From the NCBI GenBank assembly GCA_964012435.1, contig CAXGSM010000001.1, positions 64,001-128,000 of the forward strand: 64,000 nucleotides of DNA, read 5' to 3'. Source of the stretch: an uncultured bacterium (lineage in GTDB: Bacteria > UBP7 > UBA6624). A program made the translations under genes and the position numbers. Of the stretch, positions 57,031 through 64,000 are shown piece by piece. Under the pieces are notes generated by a model, which was given only the letters and a program-made list of their open reading frames with translations, was not told the origin of the DNA and did no database searches. Within the stretch, counting starts at the first letter, position 1. Every line of letters begins with the position of its first letter.

Positions 57031-59381
57031 TTCTTTTTAGCAATTGCTGAGATTATTTTTTCAGGTGTCATTGGAAGATTGCGAAGCCTTATCCCGACCG
57101 CATCATAAATTGCATTGGCTACAGCAGGCAATATCGGCAATATTGGACCTTCACCAGCTTCTTTTGCTCCAAATGGACCTTCAGGATCTGCTGATTCAAC
57201 CATGAAAACATCAACATCAGGCATCATTGTTGGAGGTATGCACCTATAGTCAAGCAGGTTTGGATTTTCTATCCTTCCTGTGTTTCTGTTATAGTCAAAA
57301 GACTCCATTAAAGCCTGTCCAAGTCCCATGTGAATACAACCTTCAATTTGACCTTCAACAGCGAGTGGATTTAATGCTTTTCCGCAATCATGAGCAGCCC
57401 ACACCTTTTCAACTTTGACTAGTCCAGTTTCTGGATCGACCTCTAGCTGACAAACATAAGCCCCCATTGAATATGAAGGAGAAAGCCCCGCTGCAGCGCC
57501 TTTATGAGAACCTCCCATTGGAGCTCCTTTTTTAGATTCTTTGCCTCTTAATTCATTAACCCTGGGTAAACCAGGATTGAGATTTGGAGCTTGGTAATGG
57601 CCTTTTCCATGTAGTGCCCCAGAGTCATGCAAAGCTTCTCTGACTGCTTCGTTAAAGCTAATCGATGATTTTGTCTTTGGTTCTATTATTTGGTCATTTT
57701 GAAGTTTAAGATTCTCGACTGGAGAAGACATTATCCTCGAAGCTGCATTAAGTATTTGTTTTTTTATTTCTTCAGCTGCTCTTTTTGCAGCAAGTCCAGC
57801 CATGAATGTTACTCTTGATGAATATGAGCCAAGATCTATTGGGGCAGTATCTGTATTTTTTGAGTATATTCTTATTCTCGACATGTCACATTTAAGAATT
57901 TCTCCTACACATTGAGCCAATACCGTGTCGGAGCCTTGTCCAATTTCTGCAGCCAAAGAATGAACAGTCACACCTCCATCAAAATCAATTTTTACATGTA
58001 CGGTTGATTGAGGCATCCTTTCCCAATTAATAGGAAGAGCGCTGCCTGAAATATAAAACCCACAACCTATGCCAATCCCTTTCCCATAAGGCATTTTTTT
58101 GAATTTTTTATCCCAGTTTGAAGCAGTTTTTACTTTTTCTATGCATTCTTTTATGCCGCAAGAAGTTATACGGAAACCGTTTGCGGTTATTGAATTTGGC
58201 TCATAGGCATTTTGAATCCTCAAGTCGCAAGGGTCAAAACCAATATCTTCAGCAATTTCATCTATTAGAGTTTCTACTGCAAATCTTGAGTTCACCGCGC
58301 CATGACCTCTCATCGCGCCTGATGCAGGTTTATTTGTGTAAACTCTATTTCCGCTGTAGTTGAAATTTTTTATTTTGTATGGGCCCAAACTTAATACTCC
58401 ATTGTAATAAGTTGTAATAACACCAAAGCTTCCCCAAGCTCCACCGTCAATTAAAGCATCAATTTCAAGAGATGTAAACTCCCCATCCTTTGTTGCTGAC
58501 ATTTGCATTTCTGTTTTTGTTGGATGCCTGCCATGATTGCTTATAAAAACTTCATCTCTGTCAAATAATATTTTTACAGGTTTTCCTGTTTTTTTAGAAA
58601 GTATTGCTGCTGCCATTTCGTGAGGAAAAGGATCACTCTTCCCGCCAAATCCACCTCCAACATAAGGCCTTATTACTTTTATGCGATGCATTGGCATTTC
58701 CATAACTTCAGAAAGAGCTCTGTGAAGATAATGCGGAACTTGAGTTGAGCTCCACATCGTCAGTTTTTTGTCTGATCCATAACTTGCTATCACACCCATT
58801 GGCTCTGTAAAAGCATGTGTGACACCATTGAATGAAAACTTGCCATTTTTTATCACTGCAGATTTTTTTAAAGCTTTTTCTACATCTCCAAAGCTCTGGT
58901 TGACTGTTTTAAATATATTACCTTCGTATTTTGACCAGGGTTGTATTTTTTGATCAGGATGACTTATTGGAGCTAGTGATTTTTCAGGCTTAAGTATCGG
59001 AGGAAGCTCTTCATATTCAACTTTTATTAGGTCGAGAGCTTTAATTGCTGTTTCTTCATCTGTTGCTGCTACAGCTGCAATTTGATCTCCTATAAATGTA
59101 ACTTTATCAATTGCAAAAGCAGTTTCATCTTTTGTTATAGGCAGCACTCCAAATCTGTTTTCAGAATCTTTTGCAGTTGCTACTGCAAAAACTCCTTTCA
59201 GTTTTTTTGCTTGAGAATAGTCAATTTTTTTTATCTTGGCATGAGCAAAAGGGCTTCTCAGTATTTTGCCTATAAGCATAACCTTACCCGGCAAAACAAT
59301 ATCATCAATATAAACAGCTCTTCCGGTCACCTTCTGAGCCCCATCAACTAAAGGGATTTTTTTGCCAATTGTATGGCTCAT
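57027..59381 (-). CDS. Xanthine-dehydrogenase-family molybdopterin subunit (HcrA-like)
   Basis: KVTG.A.Y, VGGGFGGK, GAMRGHG, EIGQG, SSRVTF.AG and GPFGAKEAGE motifs. Confidence 0.9.
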   Translation of the reverse strand: MSHTIGKKIPLVDGAQKVTGRAVYIDDIVLPGKVMLIGKILRSPFAHAKIKKIDYSQAKKLKGVFAVATAKDSENRFGVLPITKDETAFAIDKVTFIGDQIAAVAATDEETAIKALDLIKVEYEELPPILKPEKSLAPISHPDQKIQPWSKYEGNIFKTVNQSFGDVEKALKKSAVIKNGKFSFNGVTHAFTEPMGVIASYGSDKKLTMWSSTQVPHYLHRALSEVMEMPMHRIKVIRPYVGGGFGGKSDPFPHEMAAAILSKKTGKPVKILFDRDEVFISNHGRHPTKTEMQMSATKDGEFTSLEIDALIDGGAWGSFGVITTYYNGVLSLGPYKIKNFNYSGNRVYTNKPASGAMRGHGAVNSRFAVETLIDEIAEDIGFDPCDLRIQNAYEPNSITANGFRITSCGIKECIEKVKTASNWDKKFKKMPYGKGIGIGCGFYISGSALPINWERMPQSTVHVKIDFDGGVTVHSLAAEIGQGSDTVLAQCVGEILKCDMSRIRIYSKNTDTAPIDLGSYSSRVTFMAGLAAKRAAEEIKKQILNAASRIMSSPVENLKLQNDQIIEPKTKSSISFNEAVREALHDSGALHGKGHYQAPNLNPGLPRVNELRGKESKKGAPMGGSHKGAAAGLSPSYSMGAYVCQLEVDPETGLVKVEKVWAAHDCGKALNPLAVEGQIEGCIHMGLGQALMESFDYNRNTGRIENPNLLDYRCIPPTMMPDVDVFMVESADPEGPFGAKEAGEGPILPILPAVANAIYDAVGIRLRNLPMTPEKIISAIAKKK

Positions 59382-59893
59382 TTTGATTGCTTTCCTCTTA
59401 TTTTTTCCGAAGCCTTTTTTATGGAATCAACAATTTTTATATATCCAGTACATCTACACATATTACCAGAGATAGCCTCTTTAATTTCTTCTTTTGTTGG
59501 ATTCTTGTTTTCATTGAGCAAGGCAAAACTTGTCATTATGAAACCAGGTGTACAAAATCCACATTGGCTTCCTCCCTCCGTATGAAAGCATTCTTGGACA
59601 GGGTGCATATTCTCGTTTTCTTGAAGGGATTCAATCGTTTTAATTTTTTTATCTTGAACCTGCATGGCTAGTGTCAAGCATGACAGCACAGGTTTATCAT
59701 CTATCAGGACCGTACAGCATCCACATGTACCCATATCACATCCCCTTTTTGTGCCTGTTAGGTTTAGCTTGTATCTGATTACATCTAAAAGTAGATCGTT
59801 AGGTTTTATTGCTAATTCAACAATTTCATTGTTTATGTTGAATTCGACAATTTTCTTGCCGATTTTCTTGTTTGGAAATGGAATTAATGTCAT
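59378..59893 (-). CDS. 2x[2Fe-2S] small subunit (HcrC/CoxS-like)
   Basis: GTK.GC..G.CG.CTV, SCL, QCGFCTPG and GN.CRCTGY motifs. Confidence 0.93.
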   Translation of the reverse strand: MTLIPFPNKKIGKKIVEFNINNEIVELAIKPNDLLLDVIRYKLNLTGTKRGCDMGTCGCCTVLIDDKPVLSCLTLAMQVQDKKIKTIESLQENENMHPVQECFHTEGGSQCGFCTPGFIMTSFALLNENKNPTKEEIKEAISGNMCRCTGYIKIVDSIKKASEKIRGKQSK

Positions 59894-59926
59894 AAGTAAG
59901 TGCTATATGTCATAAGTAAGTGCTAT
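59887..59926. repeat. Perfect 20-bp tandem duplication over the small-subunit start codon
   Basis: ATGTCATAAGTAAGTGCTAT occurs twice, followed by a partial AGTGCTAT at 59927-59934. Confidence 0.9.
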
Positions 59927-59954
59927 AGTGCTATTATAAATTTTATTATCACTG

Positions 59955-60749
59955 TTGACAAATATGAATAATTTTAACTTTAGAAAAAAGGTTGTTTGCT
60001 TGTTAGAGAAAGGTAAAACCTTTGCTATTGCAAAATTAATCTTAGTAAATGGGCATGCTCCTCAAAAGCCCGGTACAGCGATGATTGTTCACAAAGATAA
60101 AAGTATTGATTTCACCATTGGTGGAGGCCCTTTTGAAGCCGAAGTTATATCTGATGCAGTTGATTTGATTAATTCTGGTAAAAGGATTATTCAAAAAACC
60201 TATAAATTAAATATTAAAGATTTAGGAATGTATTGTTCTGGCGAAGCTGTTGTTTTAATTGAATCAGTGGAGCCACCGCCAAAATTATTTATATTTGGAG
60301 CAGGTCATGTTGGTTCAAAGTTGGCAAAAATTGCTTCCAATCTAGATATCTTCAATATTTTTTTGATTGATGACAGGAAAGCTTTTTTAGATAAGCAGGA
60401 TTTTTGTGATTGGGAGAGTGTTAATCTTGTTCATACGGATTCAAGATGGATAAAAGATATACCTAAAATTGAACTGAGTTCATTTTTGGTGATTTTAACT
60501 AGATGTCATGCAACCGATAAGATTCTTGTTAAGAATTACGCTGAAAAGAAAAAGTCTTATATTGGAATGCTTGGAAGTAAAAGCAAGGTAGTCAAGATGT
60601 GGAAAGAGCTCAAAAGTGAAGGTTTAGATCCAGAAGCGCTCGACAGGGTTCATGCACCTATTGGATTGAATATAGGTGGGAAAAACCCTTCTGAGATTTC
60701 AATTTCAATTTTGGCTGAAGTGCTAAAGGTCAAATCAAATTTACCTTAA
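59955..60749 (+). CDS. xdhC: XdhC/CoxI molybdoenzyme maturation factor
   Basis: G.AP...G, TIGGG..E, LGM.C.G, IFGAGHV, DDR, YIGMLGS and APIGL.IG...P.EI..SI.AE motifs. Confidence 0.9.
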   Translation: MTNMNNFNFRKKVVCLLEKGKTFAIAKLILVNGHAPQKPGTAMIVHKDKSIDFTIGGGPFEAEVISDAVDLINSGKRIIQKTYKLNIKDLGMYCSGEAVVLIESVEPPPKLFIFGAGHVGSKLAKIASNLDIFNIFLIDDRKAFLDKQDFCDWESVNLVHTDSRWIKDIPKIELSSFLVILTRCHATDKILVKNYAEKKKSYIGMLGSKSKVVKMWKELKSEGLDPEALDRVHAPIGLNIGGKNPSEISISILAEVLKVKSNLP

Positions 60750-62402
60750 ATTGAGAAGCCTTTTCTTCTCAACTGAAGTCAGTATAAATAATATTACCAA
60801 CTTTAATGCCGGCAAGCCTATACCTAAAGGCATCCACCAAGTGCTACTTTCTGTCATTAGTTTGTATGTTGAGCCGGAAAGTAATCCTAAACCTACGGCT
60901 GGAAGGAAGATTGATATCCAGGCTGGATAATTATCTGCAGAATCTAATTTTTTAGAAAGGGGTAATGCTGGATTTAATATCGTGTCAAGCTTTATGGCCA
61001 AAAGACAATCAAGAACAAGGGACACTATCATTGATATCGTGTATTTAAACAAAAGAGGTTCATTAACCCCATGAAAAAGTAAATGAACTGTTAGGCCATA
61101 AAGGATAGTTATTGGTCCCAGGTATATCAACCATGTTAAAAACAGTGAGCATCTATGTATGAAAAGAGGATCTATCGGCAAGGAAAGAAACCTCAATCCA
61201 CCATCTCCATGTTTAGCATATCTAAACTGATGAACAAAGCTTGTTGATCCCAGGATGCCAATTGCAGGTATCAATGCAGAAAAACCAATCATAAGCCTTC
61301 TTCCCCATGTAACCTGATTATCCGGACTTATTATGTGCGACATCTCTCCAGGTCTATACCATGCAATCAAGAAGGGTATAGCCAAAAGAACATATAGAGG
61401 AGGTATGTTTTGCTTTAACCTTTCCTCCCATTGGAGATGCCTGAAAAGTATATGCATGACAGCCCCTCTTTTGCCAAAAAACTTTGGCCAGAGCCTAGCA
61501 ACTGAGTATCTCTTTGTTTTTCTTTTTGCTATCTCTTTGCTCAATAGGAAATCAAAGGATTTTATTGCTGGAATTGACAGTATTGCTGACAAGATTATTG
61601 TTACTAAAGTTGTTAATCCATATTGAGAAACATATGATGGTAACCCATTTATGAATTCAAACATTACGGAAAACCAAAGTGGAGGCAGGTACCATGTGGC
61701 TGACCCAGGGTCCAGATCCAGCCTAAGAGCGAGAGAGTCTGTATGTCCAGTGCTTGACCATATAACGAATGCCCCTAGAACAGAAACCATAATCATGCTT
61801 GTTATCCAAGAAATATGAGGCCTAATTATTTTTAGCCTCCATAGTGACGAGTACAAAAGTATAGTGAAGGATTGCGTAAAGGCTGTAAAGAACACCGAAA
61901 CCAAACAGAGCCCAATTATAGATTTTGCAATTTCAAAAATAGCTGATAAGTTTAAGCCAGAATTTATTATTGGTTTTATTTGTAAAAAAATGACTGATGG
62001 TAAATTAAAAAATATAGACCATATCACACCAAATATAAACAGTACAAAAAGTTTTGCTTTAGCAAAATCACTAGGTGATAGAGGCAAGGCTCTAAGAAGC
62101 AAGTTTCCCTGGTGTGAAAGTATCAGGTGCCCCATATTTAATGCCGTGAAGCCCAAAAGCACGAAGAAGAGAAGAGAAAGAGCAACAAAATTGGTTGTTA
62201 TCATTGAACCATATTGCCAAAGTACCGAAAAAACATAACCTATTGCAGAGAGAGCTAAAAGAGGAATTAGAAAACCTATTGTTTCTACTGTTTTTGACTG
62301 GAGTAGCTTTTCGGCTGTTCCTCCAATTTTTATAGACATGCCTCTTCTAAATGATATAAGCTCCATCCTGAGGAGCGCATTGAATGAAGATCTTTCCTTC
62401 AA
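60741..62402 (-). CDS. Putative ABC exporter permease (multi-TM)
   Basis: Many TM helices with L.ALP and LPP.W motifs; coupled to the ABC ATPase. Confidence 0.7.
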   Translation of the reverse strand: MKERSSFNALLRMELISFRRGMSIKIGGTAEKLLQSKTVETIGFLIPLLALSAIGYVFSVLWQYGSMITTNFVALSLLFFVLLGFTALNMGHLILSHQGNLLLRALPLSPSDFAKAKLFVLFIFGVIWSIFFNLPSVIFLQIKPIINSGLNLSAIFEIAKSIIGLCLVSVFFTAFTQSFTILLYSSLWRLKIIRPHISWITSMIMVSVLGAFVIWSSTGHTDSLALRLDLDPGSATWYLPPLWFSVMFEFINGLPSYVSQYGLTTLVTIILSAILSIPAIKSFDFLLSKEIAKRKTKRYSVARLWPKFFGKRGAVMHILFRHLQWEERLKQNIPPLYVLLAIPFLIAWYRPGEMSHIISPDNQVTWGRRLMIGFSALIPAIGILGSTSFVHQFRYAKHGDGGLRFLSLPIDPLFIHRCSLFLTWLIYLGPITILYGLTVHLLFHGVNEPLLFKYTISMIVSLVLDCLLAIKLDTILNPALPLSKKLDSADNYPAWISIFLPAVGLGLLSGSTYKLMTESSTWWMPLGIGLPALKLVILFILTSVEKKRLLNLR

Positions 62403-63151
62403 AGCCTTTCTATTATTTCTTGCGAGAGGTCGAAATAACTTTTTTCTTGAGCCTCTTTCCTAAATAGCTTTTCTAATTTTCCAGGATTTTTTTTGATTTC
62501 TTCATGATTAAGGTTGTGTTTTATTTGACCATCAATAAGGATTGTTACCTTGTCGCATACCCTTTCAACAACCTCCACTATATGGCTTGAGTAAATGATG
62601 GTTTTACCTTGTTTTGAAAAATCCTGGATAAGGTCACGGAAAACTAATACTGCATTAACATCCATTCCTGATAAAGGTTCATCGAGAAGTAAAACTTCCG
62701 GATTATGAATGACTGAAGAGGATATCATTATCTTTTGCTTCATTCCTCTTGAGAAAGAAGACATTTTTTCATGGATTACATGTCCAAGTTGAAAAAGATC
62801 TAATAGATCATCAATTCGTTTTTGAGCTTTAGCTCTGGACATTTCATGAATTTCACCAATAACATGAAGGAATTCATGTGGTGTTAGATGCTCATAGATG
62901 GTTAACTCTTCTGGCACAAAACCCACAAGCTTTCTGGCTTCTATTGGGTTATTGTATGGGTCTATACCATGTATTTTTATTACTCCAGAGTCTGGCTTTA
63001 AAAGCCCTAGAAGAAGTTTTATTGTAGTTGATTTTCCAGCTCCGTTCGGTCCTAGGTAACCATGTATCATTCCAGGCTGCACCTTAAGGGATATGTCTTT
63101 TAAGACATTGTTATCGCCATAGGACATTTTTATATTTTCAATCTCTATCAT
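62399..63151 (-). CDS. ABC transporter ATP-binding protein
   Basis: GPNGAGKST, FSRGMKQK and LDEPLSG motifs. Confidence 0.93.
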   Translation of the reverse strand: MIEIENIKMSYGDNNVLKDISLKVQPGMIHGYLGPNGAGKSTTIKLLLGLLKPDSGVIKIHGIDPYNNPIEARKLVGFVPEELTIYEHLTPHEFLHVIGEIHEMSRAKAQKRIDDLLDLFQLGHVIHEKMSSFSRGMKQKIMISSSVIHNPEVLLLDEPLSGMDVNAVLVFRDLIQDFSKQGKTIIYSSHIVEVVERVCDKVTILIDGQIKHNLNHEEIKKNPGKLEKLFRKEAQEKSYFDLSQEIIERL

Positions 63152-63166
63152 CGTTATTAATTCTAA

Positions 63167-63391
63167 TTATTTTATTATGCTTCCGACTCCAAGTCTATAT
63201 AAGATTGTCAGCAACAACGAGATAATTATCATTGAAGATATCGGAATATATATACTTATGTTGTTTTTTTTAATTAAAAAATCTCCCGGCAATTTGAAAA
63301 GTTGTAATCCGTTATTTTCTAGAAAGTAAATTAAGGCTGAAGCAATCAGAAAGAAAATTGCAATAAACAAGCTTACACGAGAAAGGTTCAT
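63167..63391 (-). CDS. DUF2905 family small membrane protein
   Basis: Diagnostic LPGD..I.......Y.PI.SMI.IS..LT pattern between two TM helices. Confidence 0.85.
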   Translation of the reverse strand: MNLSRVSLFIAIFFLIASALIYFLENNGLQLFKLPGDFLIKKNNISIYIPISSMIIISLLLTILYRLGVGSIIK

Positions 63392-63825
63392 GAGATATCC
63401 GGGAGCGTGTATATTTCAACTTCTAGCCTTGGAGGCTCACCTTGTGCGGCTATTCTTTTTTTGATAGTCAGTTCAGAAATTTGACCATCATCATGATATA
63501 AGACCCCATTCAGGCCATCTTTAACTGATTTTGCAATATTGTCTGCATCAGGCCTTTTTGCATGATGTCTTTCGAGTCTTGGATTTGTTTTTCTGTATTG
63601 ACTTTTTGGACATGGGAAATAAGCTGTAATGTTTAGACCTATCGCACCTTCCATTAAATTTTTAAAGTTTATTTTTTCAAGCTCTTTTTTTGCTATATAT
63701 GAAATATCAGCTTTATAAACCCTGCTGGCTTGAGGGTCAACAGCAGATACATATTTGCCTCTTCTGTAAAATCTAGGCCTACCTTGAGCTACGGGCTTTC
63801 CAGGAATTGTAAATCGCACTCTCAT
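63388..63825 (-). CDS. rusA: RusA family Holliday junction resolvase
   Basis: F.IPG.P....RPR, RPDADNIAK...DGLNG..Y.DD.QI and P...V.I motifs; catalytic Asp and Lys residues intact. Confidence 0.9.
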   Translation of the reverse strand: MRVRFTIPGKPVAQGRPRFYRRGKYVSAVDPQASRVYKADISYIAKKELEKINFKNLMEGAIGLNITAYFPCPKSQYRKTNPRLERHHAKRPDADNIAKSVKDGLNGVLYHDDGQISELTIKKRIAAQGEPPRLEVEIYTLPDIS

Positions 63826-64000
63826 AGGGCCTCTTCATCAATATCCAAATTTGTCCATACACAATTTACATCATCAAGATCTTCAAGCTGTTCCAGAAGT
63901 TCAATAATTGATTTTTGTTTCTCCTTGTTTGCAATCAGGCTTTCTGGATCAAAGATTATTCTTGTTGTCGTCTTGCTTTCCGTTTCTTTTTTTAAAGCTT
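63822..64000 (-). CDS. yebC: YebC/PmpR family protein, C-terminal part (runs off the window)
   Basis: Manual translation gives ...IIELLEQLEDLDDVNCVWTNLDIDEEAL*, matching the YebC C-terminal LEDxDDV..V.TN motif. ATGA overlap with rusA. Confidence 0.85.
   Translation of the reverse strand, partial: ALKKETESKTTTRIIFDPESLIANKEKQKSIIELLEQLEDLDDVNCVWTNLDIDEEAL

Noticed and set aside
852..62238. Numerous short antisense or nested ORFs in the track (e.g. 852-1262, 19767-20297, 38417-38995, 52520-52900)
   Set aside because: They lie within well-supported genes and show no recognisable motifs, so they are shadow ORFs.
63388..63825. rusA as evidence of a prophage
   Set aside because: It is flanked by and overlaps housekeeping yebC and DUF2905, with no phage genes within the window.
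1..64000. Alternative genetic code or selenocysteine readthrough
   Set aside because: TGA ends many full-length conserved genes, often in ATGA overlaps, and no gene appears split at an in-frame TGA.

Overview
A gene-dense, AT-rich segment of a bacterial chromosome, apparently from a streamlined lineage that I cannot assign from sequence alone. The taxonomic signals are mixed: archaeal/eukaryal-type ProRS, GuaB3, lysine 6-transaminase, YlbF family, KdsD and FolE2. Most genes are housekeeping: thiSGE, proS, folP, purM, smpB-ssrA, rph, argS, ddl, map, panBCD, murJ/murG, dnaG, rho, guaA/guaB3, dnaE, folE2, four ABC systems, and an hcrCAB-like molybdoenzyme cluster with mocA and xdhC. I found no CRISPR array, integrase, transposase, rRNA or tRNA. 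The most interesting observations are: (1) a RusA resolvase sits in the usual ruvC-ruvA-ruvB slot between yebC and DUF2905; (2) a variable region after tmRNA holds orphan membrane-protein genes with a shared motif, a dif-like Xer site and an excisionase-HTH/PIN pair; (3) several intact enzyme homologues (RocB-like M20, LarA, YdjC, Hpt, Smr) have lost catalytic or metal-binding residues; (4) many genes appear leaderless, with TANNNT 6-8 nt before the ATG; (5) a triple operator array with 30-bp spacing precedes a wHTH gene. All family calls come from motif recognition by eye, with no database search.
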